From Meiothermus sp. (lineage in GTDB: Bacteria; Deinococcota; Deinococci; Deinococcales; Thermaceae), in the NCBI GenBank assembly GCA_036845585.1, contig DAIUDO010000002.1, positions 1 to 39,326 of the forward strand: a stretch of DNA of 39,326 nucleotides, in the 5' to 3' direction. Both the position numbers and the translations under genes were made by a program. Every line of letters begins with the position of its first letter. Within the stretch, counting starts at the first letter, position 1. Of the stretch, positions 8,441-18,025 are shown in pieces. The notes beneath the pieces are model-generated. The model did not search any database. It saw only the letters and a program-made list of their open reading frames with translations, and was not told the DNA's origin.

Positions 8441-9143
8441 GGTGCTGAAGGCCGCGGTCCAGGAGGCCCGCACCGCCCACCAGCCCCGCCCCGGCCAGCA
8501 GGACTGGGGGGTAGGGCTGCCGCAGGCCTACGCCATCCAGGCTGCCCTCTTCCCGGGCCCCCTCAAGGGGTACAAGCTGGGCCTGGTCTCCCCGGCCAAG
8601 CAGGCCCAGATGGGCCTGGCCTCGCCCATCTGGGGGCGTGTGCATCCGGGGATGCTCTTGGAAGAAGAGGTGGTCCTGGCTAGGTATGTCCAGCCCCGCC
8701 TCGAGCCCGAGCTGGCGGTGGTGCTGCGCCACCCCCTGCCCCCTGGGGCCAGCCTGGGCCAGGCCGCCCGGGCGGTGGGCGGATTCTTCCTGGCGGTGGA
8801 CGTGCTGGACTCCATCTGGGCCGACTACCGCTTTAGCGCGGCGGAGGTGGTGGCCGACAACACCTCCGGCGGGGGGTTTTTGCTGGGCCGCACCCTTTTG
8901 CAAGCCCCTCCTAGGGGGGAGTTGCGCCTGTATCTAAATGGCGAGCTGCTGGCCCAAGGGCCCGTGGAGGCCCTGGGCGACCCCTATGCCCAGCTGGCCT
9001 GGCTGGCCGGTGAGGTAGGGGGGCTGGAGGCTGGTCAACTGATCTTTTTAGGCTCCCCGGCCCCGGCCCAGCCGGCCCGGCCAGGGGTGCTGGAGGTGTG
9101 GAGCCAGGCGGGCCTTCTTCTGGCCCGCATCAAGGAGGTATGA
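8430..9143 (+). CDS. 4-oxalocrotonate decarboxylase-like (MhpD/DmpH, FAH superfamily)
   Basis: AYAIQ, GYKLGLVS, QPRLEPEL, DVLDS, VVADNTS. Confidence 0.8.
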   Translation: MDAEVLKAAVQEARTAHQPRPGQQDWGVGLPQAYAIQAALFPGPLKGYKLGLVSPAKQAQMGLASPIWGRVHPGMLLEEEVVLARYVQPRLEPELAVVLRHPLPPGASLGQAARAVGGFFLAVDVLDSIWADYRFSAAEVVADNTSGGGFLLGRTLLQAPPRGELRLYLNGELLAQGPVEALGDPYAQLAWLAGEVGGLEAGQLIFLGSPAPAQPARPGVLEVWSQAGLLLARIKEV

Positions 9144-9145
9144 GG

Positions 9146-10648
9146 ATGCCCAAGACGCAAAGCCATCTGGAGGCTCAGCTCGAGGCTTTAGGCTTTCCCT
9201 TTGCGCTGCCCCTGGAGGCCCCCCACTACATCGACGGGGCCTTCGTCAAGAGCGGAACACCCTTCCCCATCGTCTATCCGGCCACCGGCGAGGCCATCGG
9301 CCAGGCTTATGAAGGCCAGGCCGAGGAGGTAGACCGGGCGGTGCAGGCCGCTGCGCGGGCCTTCCGCGGGTGGAGCCGCCTGGCCCCCAGCGAGCGCCGG
9401 CGCTACCTTAGGGCTTTTGCCGCCAAGGTGCGGGAGTATAAGCCGGTTTTTGAGGTGGTAGAGAGCCTCGATGTGGGCCGGCCCATCCGGGAAAACCGGC
9501 AGGGTTATGTGGAGCGGATGGCCCACAACCTGGAGTTCTTCGCCGATTTTGCCGTGACCCATGGCTCTGAGGCCTACCCCATGGAGAACGGCTACTGGAA
9601 CGTGGTGCAGCGCTTCCCGGTGGGGGTGGGGGCCCTGATTACCCCCTGGAACATGCCTAGCATGCTGGCCACCTGGAAGATCGGCCCCACCCTGGCCTTC
9701 GGCAACACCGCGGTGCTCAAGCCGGCCGAGCTGACCCCGCTGGGGGCCTGGCTGCTGGCCCGCTGCGCCCACGAGGCGGGCCTGCCCCCGGGGGTCTTCA
9801 ACGTGGTGCAGGGCTTCGGGCCTAACTCCGCCGGGGAGTACCTCACCCGCCACCCCGAGGTGCGGCTCATCTCCTTCACCGGGGAGACCACCACCGGCAA
9901 GATCATCCTCAAGAATGCCGCCGACAGCCTCAAGCGGGTCTCGGCGGAGCTGGGGGGCAAGGCGGCCAACATCGTCTTCAAGAGCGCCGACCTCGAGCGG
10001 GCGGTGGCGGTCACCCTGCGGGCCTCCTTCTTCAACCAAGGCGAGGTCTGCCTGGCGGGCTCGAGGCTCCTGGTAGAGCGGCCCATCTACCAGGCCTTCC
10101 TGGAGAAGCTGGTGGCCGCGGTCAAGGCCCTCGAGCCCGGCGACCCCTTGGACGAGGCCACCACCCTGGGGGCCCTGATCGCCGAGGAGCACCTGCAAAA
10201 GGTCCAGGGCTACATCGACTGGGCCCGGGCCCATGCCGAGGTTCTCACCGGTGGGAGACAGCCCGAGCTGCCCCCGCCCTTCGACCGGGGTTACTTCCTG
10301 GAGCCTACCGTGATTGCAGGCGTAAAGCCCACGGACAAGGTCTGCCAGGAGGAGATCTTCGGCCCGGTGGTGGCGGTGCTGCCCTTCGATACCGAGGAGG
10401 AGGCCATCGCCATCGCCAACGGGGTGCCCTACGGGCTCAACGCGGTGGTGCAGAGCCGGGACGTGGGCCAGGTACTCCGGGTCTCCAGCGCCCTCGAGGT
10501 GGGCACGGTCTGGGTCAACGACTGGTTCGTGCGCGACCTCCGGGTGCCTTTTGGCGGGGCCAAGCAGTCGGGCCTGGGCCGGGAAGGCGGCCACTACGGC
10601 TACGAGTTCTACTACGAGACCAAAAACGTATGCATCGCGAACGTATAG
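9146..10648 (+). CDS. 2-hydroxymuconic semialdehyde dehydrogenase (DmpC/XylG-like aldehyde dehydrogenase)
   Basis: ITPWN, FTGETTTG, ELGGK, NQGEVCLAGS, EEIFGP, WFVRDLRVPFGGAKQSGLGREGG. AAGGAGG RBS; ATG 9140 is an alternative start. Confidence 0.92.
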   Translation: MPKTQSHLEAQLEALGFPFALPLEAPHYIDGAFVKSGTPFPIVYPATGEAIGQAYEGQAEEVDRAVQAAARAFRGWSRLAPSERRRYLRAFAAKVREYKPVFEVVESLDVGRPIRENRQGYVERMAHNLEFFADFAVTHGSEAYPMENGYWNVVQRFPVGVGALITPWNMPSMLATWKIGPTLAFGNTAVLKPAELTPLGAWLLARCAHEAGLPPGVFNVVQGFGPNSAGEYLTRHPEVRLISFTGETTTGKIILKNAADSLKRVSAELGGKAANIVFKSADLERAVAVTLRASFFNQGEVCLAGSRLLVERPIYQAFLEKLVAAVKALEPGDPLDEATTLGALIAEEHLQKVQGYIDWARAHAEVLTGGRQPELPPPFDRGYFLEPTVIAGVKPTDKVCQEEIFGPVVAVLPFDTEEEAIAIANGVPYGLNAVVQSRDVGQVLRVSSALEVGTVWVNDWFVRDLRVPFGGAKQSGLGREGGHYGYEFYYETKNVCIANV

Positions 10649-11418
10649 AGACCTGGGCCCAGGCCCTGGACCGGGCCTACCTGGAGGGCCGGCCCATCCC
10701 CCCCCTTTCCGAGGAGGGCCTGGTTGGTCTAGAGGCTGCTTATGCCGTACAACGGCACTGGCGGGAGCGGATGGCGGCCCGCGGCGAGCGGAGGGTGGGG
10801 CGGAAGATCGGCCTTACTGCCAGGGCGGTGCAGCAGCAGTTCGGGGTGGATCAGCCGGACTTCGGCAGCATCTGGGCCAGCCGCCAGTTCGTGGCCGCAG
10901 GGGGCCGGGCCGAGCTGCCCTATGGGCTCTTCCTCCAGCCTAGGGTCGAGGGAGAGCTGGCCTTTTTGCTGGGCCAGCCCCTCTGGGGCCCCCACCTCAC
11001 CCCCCAGGAGGTGCTGGCCGCCACCGAGGCGGTGGCCTACGCCTTCGAGATCGTGGACTCTCGCATCGCCGACTGGCGCATCCGGATCGAGGACACTGTG
11101 GCCGACAACGCCTCCTTTGGGGCCCTGGTCCTGGGGCCCTGGCAGAAGGAGCTTCTGGCTGAGCCCTTGCATACCCTGGGCATGGCCCTATACAAGGACG
11201 GGGCCTTGGTGGCCCAAGGAGCCGGAGCGGCCTGCCTGGAGCACCCGGCCCGGGCGGTGGCCTGGCTGGCCAACAAGCTGGCCGGGTTTGGGGAGGGGCT
11301 GGAGGCGGGGGAGGTGGTGCTCTCGGGCTCCTGGATCCCGGTGCAGCCGGCAGCGCCGGGGGCGCTCTTCGTCCTCGAGGCCGCTGGGGCTCCCCCCCTG
11401 AGCTTGAGGTTCACATAG
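10630..11418 (+). CDS. 2-oxopent-4-enoate (2-keto-4-pentenoate) hydratase, DmpE/MhpD-like
   Basis: GRKIGLT, VQQQFGVDQPDFG, QPRVEGE, EIVDSRIADWRI, DTVADNAS, VAWLAN. Confidence 0.9.
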   Translation: MHRERIETWAQALDRAYLEGRPIPPLSEEGLVGLEAAYAVQRHWRERMAARGERRVGRKIGLTARAVQQQFGVDQPDFGSIWASRQFVAAGGRAELPYGLFLQPRVEGELAFLLGQPLWGPHLTPQEVLAATEAVAYAFEIVDSRIADWRIRIEDTVADNASFGALVLGPWQKELLAEPLHTLGMALYKDGALVAQGAGAACLEHPARAVAWLANKLAGFGEGLEAGEVVLSGSWIPVQPAAPGALFVLEAAGAPPLSLRFT

Positions 11419-11428
11419 GAGACTACCC

Positions 11429-11623
11429 ATGCCGCTTTTGGAAGTCTTGCTCCGCACCCCCACCCCGCCCAGCCCAGAGGCCCGCCAGGCCTTCCTCGAG
11501 GAGGTGCGCCGGATCTTCGCCGAGGAGCTGGGCACCCCGCCCGAGCGGCTTATGGTCTGGCTCGAGGTTCAGCCTGCTTCCCCGGCTGAGGAGCGGGCTA
11601 AAGCTCCAGCAGATACAGGTTGA
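11429..11623 (+). CDS. 4-oxalocrotonate tautomerase, beta-type subunit (Pro-1)
   Basis: 64 aa MPLLEVLL...RQAFLEEVRRIFAEELGTPPERLMVWLE. Met-Pro start, AGGAG RBS, last gene of the operon. Confidence 0.75.
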   Translation: MPLLEVLLRTPTPPSPEARQAFLEEVRRIFAEELGTPPERLMVWLEVQPASPAEERAKAPADTG

Positions 11624-12743
11624 CCTGCCCTCCAGCATCGGAGGCATAAAGGATGTGCCGGCCATCCCAGCAAAAAGTGGGGTGGCAGTGGCTGGCCTGG
11701 GTGTACCAGGAGGTGCCATGGTAGGCCAGCACCTCTAGCTGGGGTGGGTCTTGGCGTAGGTCGATCAGCACCAGCCGGTCGGCCTCGTCGCCCACCAGCA
11801 GGGTGTGGTCGGGATTGGCGTGGTAGTGATTGCAGTAATAGGGCATTGAGTAGCGCTGCAGTAAGCGGCCCTCCACATCCAGGAAGCCCAAGTAGGGCTG
11901 AAAAGCGGAGGCCTCCGGGGGGTGTACGGTGGCCTGGGTACGCTCGCGGGTGATGGTACCGTCATGGTTAGGGCCGCGGTTGTCGAAGAAGATTAAGCCG
12001 TCCTGGGTCCAAAACTCGTGGCCCACGCTGTCTTGTTCTTCCTGGCGAAAGAGGGGATGTACCCGGCGACTGGCTAGGTCCAGCAGCCAGATACGCTGGG
12101 TGACCAGGTGCCAAGGCCCCTCGTGGCAGAACATGGCCAGGCTGGGGTCGTGGGGGGCGAACTGGAAGTGGCCTAGCCAGCAGGTGTCGCGGTGTACGTC
12201 AAACCACTCCGAGCCATCGATGCGGGCCAGGGTAACACGTCCATCTTTGATCTGGTAGTAGTTCTCCTTGAAGCCCCCGTAGTTCACATTGGTGTTTTCT
12301 GTCTGGACCCGCTCGTTGCGCACGAACCCGACGTAGCGCAGATTGGGGCTGATGGAAGGGGAGTACAGTTTGAACTGCCCTGTGTCTTCGTAGAGGGTAC
12401 GGGTCTCGCCGGTCTGGGTGTCGAGCAGCCTGAGTTGCCGCCCGCACAGATAGGCGATGTAGCGGCCATCGGGGGTCTTGGTGGTGCTGCCTACCGGCTC
12501 GTCCTCATCGGTGAGCTGGGTGATCTCACCGGTCTGGTAGTTGAGGCGGAAGAGGTTGTAATGGGGGTTTTCATGTGGAAAACACTTTTTTCCTGAGGCG
12601 CGGTCAGAGCGAAAGATAATCTCGGGCCGGCCCCGCACGAAGGCATTTTCTGTGAAGTAGAGGTGTACGTTGTTGCCTTGGTCGGTCAGGCGCAGGATGC
12701 GCCGCCGGGTGATGGGATCTAGAAAGCTGGGGAAGACGCGCAC
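11598..12743 (-). CDS. ogl: oligogalacturonate lyase family protein (PL22, beta-propeller)
   Basis: HLYFT, WLGHFQFAP, MFCHEGPWHLVTQRIW, VGHEFW, CNHYH, SHCHPTF. Confidence 0.85.
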   Translation of the reverse strand: MRVFPSFLDPITRRRILRLTDQGNNVHLYFTENAFVRGRPEIIFRSDRASGKKCFPHENPHYNLFRLNYQTGEITQLTDEDEPVGSTTKTPDGRYIAYLCGRQLRLLDTQTGETRTLYEDTGQFKLYSPSISPNLRYVGFVRNERVQTENTNVNYGGFKENYYQIKDGRVTLARIDGSEWFDVHRDTCWLGHFQFAPHDPSLAMFCHEGPWHLVTQRIWLLDLASRRVHPLFRQEEQDSVGHEFWTQDGLIFFDNRGPNHDGTITRERTQATVHPPEASAFQPYLGFLDVEGRLLQRYSMPYYCNHYHANPDHTLLVGDEADRLVLIDLRQDPPQLEVLAYHGTSWYTQASHCHPTFCWDGRHILYASDAGGQVNLYLLEL

Positions 12744-12746
12744 GGC

Positions 12747-13082
12747 TTACTCCGGGTGGGAAGACTGGGGCTCTAGCAGGTCTTGGCGGGGTGGGGCGAA
12801 GATGTCTAGCAGCTCACCTGCTTCCAAAGCAGTGGCTTCGTGCTCTATGCCCCCTGGAATTAAAAGGCTCTCCCCGGCCCCTACTTCGAACACCTCCGAG
12901 CCTATTCGAAAACGAAAACGCCCACTCAACACCTGGGTGAGCTGTTCGTGGGGGTGGCTGTGAGGGGATCCTGTAGCACCTGCGGCAAAGCGTACCCGTA
13001 CGGCCATCATTTGCTGGCCTAGGGCCACCAGCCTGCGCAGCAGGCCAGGGCCGGCCTCTTCCCAGGAGCCGTTTAACTGCAT
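12747..13082 (-). CDS. kdgF: cupin protein, KdgF-like
   Basis: HSHPHEQ, PGGIEH, LLDIFAPPRQD. Adjacent to ogl. Confidence 0.75.
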   Translation of the reverse strand: MQLNGSWEEAGPGLLRRLVALGQQMMAVRVRFAAGATGSPHSHPHEQLTQVLSGRFRFRIGSEVFEVGAGESLLIPGGIEHEATALEAGELLDIFAPPRQDLLEPQSSHPE

Positions 13083-14005
13083 CGGCTTTCCTCCTCAATC
13101 CAAGGCCAGGGCTGCGGTGGGATGGCCCCCCGGTAGGCCAGCTTGGCGGCAGCCACCCGGTTGGCTACCTGGCCAGCCTCGAAGGGGTCGGTTCCCTTCA
13201 GCCAGAAGTGCAGAAAGGTTCCGTTCCAGGCGTCCCCCGCCCCGGTGCTGTCGCGCAGGGCTGTAGGTGGAAAAGGGGGTTGGTGGCGAAGCTGGCCCTG
13301 GAAGGCCAGCCAGGCCCCTGCTGCTCCGGCCTTGAGGGCTAGCATGGGAAAACGGGGTACAAGGCTAGCCAGGGCCTGGGAAGGGCTGGAGGCCTCCACC
13401 CCCAGCACCGGGAGGTCGGCTGGAAAACTGGGCAACAGCAGGTTGATGTAGGGGGTTAGCTCGGCCAGAGCGGCTTGAGCGGCCTCGAGGCCACCCCGTT
13501 CGGCCCATAGCCGCGAACGGTAGTTGGGGTCGAAGGCCACGAGGCCTCCGGCAGAATGCACTATACGGGCCGCGGCCAGGGCAGTGGCCTGAGCGCTGGG
13601 AGAAATAGCCTGGGTAATGCCGGAGAGGAGAAGGATGCGGGCCTGGGCCAGGTAGGTGGGCTCGAGGTCCTCTGGGGTTATCTGCGAGGCTGCGCTGCCC
13701 CGGCGGCGGTAGGTGAACTCCCGCTCTCCATCGGGCAACAGGCTAATGAAGTAAACCCCATTTTCTCCTTCGACCAACGGAGCCATCCGGGTATCGATGC
13801 CCTCGGCCTGCCAGGCTGCCAAAAGACCGGAGCCGAAGGGGTCATTGCCCACCCGGGTGATGAAGCCGGTGGGGGAGCCCAGCCGAGCGGCGACCACCAG
13901 GGCGTTGAGCACATCTCCCCCGTAGGAACGGGTGAAGGTACGGGCCTGGGCCAGGGGCTCCTCGGCGAAGAATTCCACCATGCACTCGCCTAAGCCCAGG
14001 ATCAC
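13073..14005 (-). CDS. kdgK: 2-keto-3-deoxygluconate kinase (PfkB family)
   Basis: GECMVE, YGGDVLN, YRRRGSAAS, LSGITQAIS, FDPNYRSRLW, DSTGAGDAWNG. Confidence 0.88.
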   Translation of the reverse strand: MILGLGECMVEFFAEEPLAQARTFTRSYGGDVLNALVVAARLGSPTGFITRVGNDPFGSGLLAAWQAEGIDTRMAPLVEGENGVYFISLLPDGEREFTYRRRGSAASQITPEDLEPTYLAQARILLLSGITQAISPSAQATALAAARIVHSAGGLVAFDPNYRSRLWAERGGLEAAQAALAELTPYINLLLPSFPADLPVLGVEASSPSQALASLVPRFPMLALKAGAAGAWLAFQGQLRHQPPFPPTALRDSTGAGDAWNGTFLHFWLKGTDPFEAGQVANRVAAAKLAYRGAIPPQPWPWIEEESRCS

Positions 14006-14634
14006 GAACTGCCCCCTATGGACTGCAAGGCCGACCGCACGGCTCGCTCTACGGCTGCCCAGTTCTTCTGGGCGAGGGCCTCTTGGGGGAAGAGCTGGCT
14101 GCCCAGCCCCGCGGCTAGGGCTCCTGCAGCCAGGTAGCGGCCCACCTCGGCCGGGCTTACCCCCCCCGTCACCAGGGGGCGGAGGGTAGGGAAGGGGCCG
14201 CGCAGGTCTTTGAGGTAGGCCACCCCCCCCACCGGGGCGATGGGGAAAATTTTGATTACCCGAGCCCCCAGCCGCAGCGCCCGGGCCACCTCGGTGGGGC
14301 TGAGCACTCCCGGCAGGTAGGGGATCCGGGCTTCCTGGGCCAGCTGCAGCAGCTCCTCATCGAGGTGGGGGCTGACCAGGAATGCGGCACCGGCCGCAAT
14401 GGCCGCCTGCCCTTGGGCTGCGTCCATGACCGTGCCTATGCCCAACAGGGCTTCAGGCTGCTGTGCCTTGAGCGCTTTGAGCACCTCGAGGGCCTCCGGT
14501 ACGGTAAAGGTGACCTCGAGGACCTTCAGCCCTCCCCTGAGCCCCGCCAGGGCTGCCTGCAAGGCGCTCTCCCCATCCGGGGCCCGCAGAATTCCCAGCA
14601 CGCGAGTTTCTCGAAGAATCGATTCGAACTCCAT
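14002..14634 (-). CDS. eda: KDPG/KHG aldolase
   Basis: True start ATG 14634 (MEFESILR). LEVTFT, GIGTV, FLVSP, PGVLSPTEV, KIFP, GPFP, TGGV. Confidence 0.9.
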   Translation of the reverse strand: MEFESILRETRVLGILRAPDGESALQAALAGLRGGLKVLEVTFTVPEALEVLKALKAQQPEALLGIGTVMDAAQGQAAIAAGAAFLVSPHLDEELLQLAQEARIPYLPGVLSPTEVARALRLGARVIKIFPIAPVGGVAYLKDLRGPFPTLRPLVTGGVSPAEVGRYLAAGALAAGLGSQLFPQEALAQKNWAAVERAVRSALQSIGGSS

Positions 14635-14644
14635 AACTTCCCCT

Positions 14645-15400
14645 CTAGCGGGCCAGCCAGCCCCCGTCCACCACCAGCACGTGCCCATGCACGTAGTCCG
14701 AGGCCGCTGAGGCCAGAAAGACGGCCGCGCCCACCAGATCGGCGGGCTCTCCCCAGCGTCCTGCAGGGATACGCTCCAGAATCTGGCGGCTGCGCTCAGG
14801 GTCGGCCCGCAGTGCGGCGGTGTTGTCGGTGACGATATAGCCTGGAGCGATGGCGTTAACGTTGATACCCTGGCCGGCCCACTCGTTGGCCAGAGCCTTG
14901 GTGAGACCGGCCACAGCGTGTTTGGAGGCGGTATAGGCCGGCACCCGGATGCCCCCCTGAAAGGAGAGCAGCGAGGCGATGTTGATGATCTTTCCGTGGC
15001 CCCGCTGGTGCATCCGCCGCCCGGCTTCCTGGCAGAGCCGCCACACGGCATTCAGGTTAAGCTCGATTACCGCCTGCCAGTCCTCTGGGGAATACGCGTG
15101 GGCCGGCGCCCGCCGGATGATGCCGGCGTTGTTGACCAGAATATCCAAAGGACCTAAAGCCTCCTCGGCGGCTTGGATCACCTGGGCGGCCGCCTCGGGC
15201 TGTGAGAGATCGGCCCGAAGGGCTACGAAGCACCGTCCCTCGTCCTCCACCGCCTGCTGTGCGGCCCGGGGGTCGGCCTGGTGGGTGACGATAGCCACGT
15301 CGGCGCCTGCCTGGGCCAGCCCCACCGCGATGGCCTGGCCAATCCCCACGGCTCCTCCGGTGACCAAGGCCTGTTTCCCTCTGAGCGAGAAAAGCTCCAC
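14645..15400 (-). CDS. kduD: 2-dehydro-3-deoxy-D-gluconate 5-dehydrogenase KduD (SDR)
   Basis: NNAGIIRR, INIASLLSFQGGIRVPAYTASKH, LANEWAG, RIPAGRWG, VDGGWLAR. Confidence 0.92.
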   Translation of the reverse strand: MELFSLRGKQALVTGGAVGIGQAIAVGLAQAGADVAIVTHQADPRAAQQAVEDEGRCFVALRADLSQPEAAAQVIQAAEEALGPLDILVNNAGIIRRAPAHAYSPEDWQAVIELNLNAVWRLCQEAGRRMHQRGHGKIINIASLLSFQGGIRVPAYTASKHAVAGLTKALANEWAGQGINVNAIAPGYIVTDNTAALRADPERSRQILERIPAGRWGEPADLVGAAVFLASAASDYVHGHVLVVDGGWLAR

Positions 15401-15408
15401 CCTGCCTC

Positions 15409-16203
15409 CTAGAAGAGGGCCACTGCTTTTTGTACCCAGCCTACTTCGGGGTCAAGCCGCACCCCTTGGCGACGACCCTGCCCGGCTAGGAACCACAGAT
15501 AATAGCTGGTATAGCCAGGAGCCCCTACGTAGGTGTGGTAGCCGTGGGGAATGGCCAGCAAGGTGTGGTCCCGCACCAGGTGGGTCTGGTCATAACCCCG
15601 CTCAGGGCTGTAGTGCCGCACCAACCCCCAGCCCTCGGGGGCCGAGAGGCGGAAGTAGTACATTTCTTCGTGGAAGACCTCGGGGCCCTCTTCTACTTCG
15701 TGTTTATGCGGGGGGTAGGTGCTCCAGTTGCCGCTGGGGGTGATGGTCTCGCCTACGATCAGCCGGCTGGCCGGCAGGCCGTTGGGCTCTACGAGAATTT
15801 CGCGGAACTGGCGGCTGAAGTTGAGGGTCCCCCACTGGCCGATGCGCACCTGCTCGGGACGGATCTGGTAGGGCGGGGTGTCCAGGTCGCTGGGGGCCCC
15901 GGGGAGTGCGGCCTCGAAGGCGCTGAGGGCCCGAACCTCGTAGGTATGGCCTCGAGGTAGGTAGACGCTGTGGGGGTTGCCCGCAAACACGTTGGGCCGC
16001 CCGCCCACTACGAAGCGAGACTCACCCACCTGCACCTCGGCCTGGCCTGCCAGGGCCACCAGAAGAACCTCATTAGCCTCGGTCTCACCCCGATATGTTT
16101 GCTCTGGGCTCAGACGAAGGAAAGCAAAGGAAAGAAGGCGGCAGCTCGAGTCCTGAAGGGGGTGGTAACCTGTTTCGCTAGGCAGTTGATAGAAACTCCG
16201 CAT
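15409..16203 (-). CDS. IolB/KduI-family isomerase (5-deoxy-glucuronate isomerase-like)
   Basis: VGETITPSGNWSTYPPHKHE, HEEMYYF, PHGYH, YYLWFLAG. Confidence 0.85.
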   Translation of the reverse strand: MRSFYQLPSETGYHPLQDSSCRLLSFAFLRLSPEQTYRGETEANEVLLVALAGQAEVQVGESRFVVGGRPNVFAGNPHSVYLPRGHTYEVRALSAFEAALPGAPSDLDTPPYQIRPEQVRIGQWGTLNFSRQFREILVEPNGLPASRLIVGETITPSGNWSTYPPHKHEVEEGPEVFHEEMYYFRLSAPEGWGLVRHYSPERGYDQTHLVRDHTLLAIPHGYHTYVGAPGYTSYYLWFLAGQGRRQGVRLDPEVGWVQKAVALF

Positions 16204-16224
16204 AGGCCAACAGTGTAAGGCTGG

Positions 16225-17250
16225 CTAGGTGGCCAGCTGCTCCCAAACGAAGGTATCAAGGTACAGGCCGCGCTCTAGGTTTTGCTTCTTTCGTTCGCGC
16301 TCGAGCTCTCCCGGCAGATATACCCGCTCAAACCCGGCGGCTGGGGCCAAGGACCGCACCCGCTGCAAGCTTTTGTCCATTTCCTCGGCAAAAGCCTGTG
16401 GGTCTGCAAAGGCGCTGATGTCGATGGCCATAAAGAGGTGGCCCAGGCCTTGGGGTTGGTCCAACTGGAGGAACAGGGGGGTGATGAAAGGCCCGGTCAG
16501 GGCCCCGGCCAGGGGGCCACACAGCAGGTCAATCACCAGAGAAAGGGCCGAGCCTTTGGCCCCTCCAAAGGGCAGCAAGGCCCCCTCGAGGGCCGCTGCG
16601 GGGTCGGTGGTGGGTCTGCCTTCTTTGTCTAAGGCCCAGCCCAGAGGGATGGCCTCCCCCCGCTCCTTGGCCAGCAGGATGCGGCCGTGGGCGCTGGCGC
16701 TGGTGGCCATGTCTACGATGAGGGGGGGTTCCTTGCCGGCGGGGATGCCGATGGCCAGAGGATTGGTGCCCAGGTAGCGCTCCCGGGCCCCCCAGGGGGC
16801 CACCAGCGCGTCGGCGTTGGAGAGCGCCAGGCCAATTATGCCGGCCTGGGTGGCCCGTTCTACGAAGTAGGCCGCGGCCCCGAAGTGGCTGGAATTGCGT
16901 ACTGTGACCACTCCTACCCCACAGACCCGGGCTTTTTCGATGGCCCGATCCATAGCCCGTACCCCTGTGGGAATCCCATGGCCCTTCTGGGCATCCAGGG
17001 CCAGAGTGGCCGGGCCTTCCCGCAGCGCTGCGGGGCGGGCTTTGGGGGTTATCGAACCCTGGCGCGCCCGCTCCAGGTAGACCTTCAGCCGCACCAGGCC
17101 GTGGGAGGCCAGCCCCTTTAGCTCGGCCTCTACCAAAGAATCGGCAATCAGGAAGGCATCCTCTGGCTCAAAGCCCACCTCTACAAGCTTTTCCAGGGCC
17201 TTGTCACGCAAGGCTTTTGGGTTAAGAGGACCTGCCTTCACGACTACCAC
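16225..17250 (-). CDS. Ldh_2 family NAD(P)H oxidoreductase (YiaK/AllD-like)
   Basis: GLASHGL, NSSHFGA, GTNPLA, DMATS, LLPFGGAKG, PGELE. Confidence 0.9.
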   Translation of the reverse strand: MVVVKAGPLNPKALRDKALEKLVEVGFEPEDAFLIADSLVEAELKGLASHGLVRLKVYLERARQGSITPKARPAALREGPATLALDAQKGHGIPTGVRAMDRAIEKARVCGVGVVTVRNSSHFGAAAYFVERATQAGIIGLALSNADALVAPWGARERYLGTNPLAIGIPAGKEPPLIVDMATSASAHGRILLAKERGEAIPLGWALDKEGRPTTDPAAALEGALLPFGGAKGSALSLVIDLLCGPLAGALTGPFITPLFLQLDQPQGLGHLFMAIDISAFADPQAFAEEMDKSLQRVRSLAPAAGFERVYLPGELERERKKQNLERGLYLDTFVWEQLAT

Positions 17251-18014
17251 GGCTCCCCGGTGGTAAACCCGCCATCCACGTAGAGCACCTGGCCGGTGGT
17301 GTAGTCGGAAGCAGGCGAGGCCAGGTAAACCAAGGCCCCGGCCAGGTCCTCAGGCCGGCCTGGCCGGCCCACCGCCAGCCGCTGTTTTAGCCGCTCTACC
17401 CAGGCTGGGTCCTGGAACAGCTGGTCGGTCATGGCGGTGTGGAAGAAGCCCGGGGCGATGGCGTTGACCCGGATGCCCCAGGGGCCCCATTCCTGGGCTA
17501 GGGTTCGGGTCAGCAGGACAACCCCCCCTTTGCTGGAGGCGTAGGCCGCCCGGCGGGGCAGTCCCCGGTGGCTCATCACCGAGCCGATGTTGATGATCCG
17601 GCCCCAGCCCTTCTTGCGCATCCAGGGGGCTACTGCCTGGGCGCAGATGAAGCTTCCGGTCAGGTTAACCCGCAGCACCTGTTCCCAGGCCTCGAGGGAA
17701 AGCTCGAGGCTCTCCCGGATGGCGTGCGTACCCGCAGCATTCACCAGAATGTCCACCCCGCCTGCGGTCTCGACCAGCTCCTGTACGGCCTGATGTACCG
17801 ATTCGGGGTTGCTTACATCTGCCTGGAGGGCCAGGCTTTCTTCCCCCAGTTCGGCCAAAGCTTTGTCTAGGGCTTCCTTCTGTCGGCCCAGCACGGCCAC
17901 CTTTGCCCCTGCGCAACGTAGGGCTTTGGCCAGCCCCAGCCCCAGTCCCCCAGTGCCTCCGGTGACCAGGGCCACTTTCCCGCTCAAGTCGAAGAGTTGG
18001 TGTAGATAGCTCAT
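17244..18014 (-). CDS. SDR oxidoreductase, gluconate 5-dehydrogenase-like
   Basis: True start ATG 18014 (MSYLHQLFDLSGKVALVTGGTGGLG). YASSK catalytic motif, VNAIAPGFF. Confidence 0.85.
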   Translation of the reverse strand: MSYLHQLFDLSGKVALVTGGTGGLGLGLAKALRCAGAKVAVLGRQKEALDKALAELGEESLALQADVSNPESVHQAVQELVETAGGVDILVNAAGTHAIRESLELSLEAWEQVLRVNLTGSFICAQAVAPWMRKKGWGRIINIGSVMSHRGLPRRAAYASSKGGVVLLTRTLAQEWGPWGIRVNAIAPGFFHTAMTDQLFQDPAWVERLKQRLAVGRPGRPEDLAGALVYLASPASDYTTGQVLYVDGGFTTGEPW

Positions 18015-18025
18015 AGCGTCCTCAC

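Noticed and set aside
9188..10594. Long antisense ORFs (e.g. 468 aa here, 27351-28511, 7107-8096, 35613-36548)
   Set aside because: These are shadow ORFs typical of high-GC codon bias opposite well-supported genes, with no domain motifs.
14635..15051. N-terminal extension of the 349-aa ORF (apparent kduD-eda fusion or frameshift)
   Set aside because: It is an alternative frame over the intact kduD. The aldolase starts at ATG 14634 with its own RBS.
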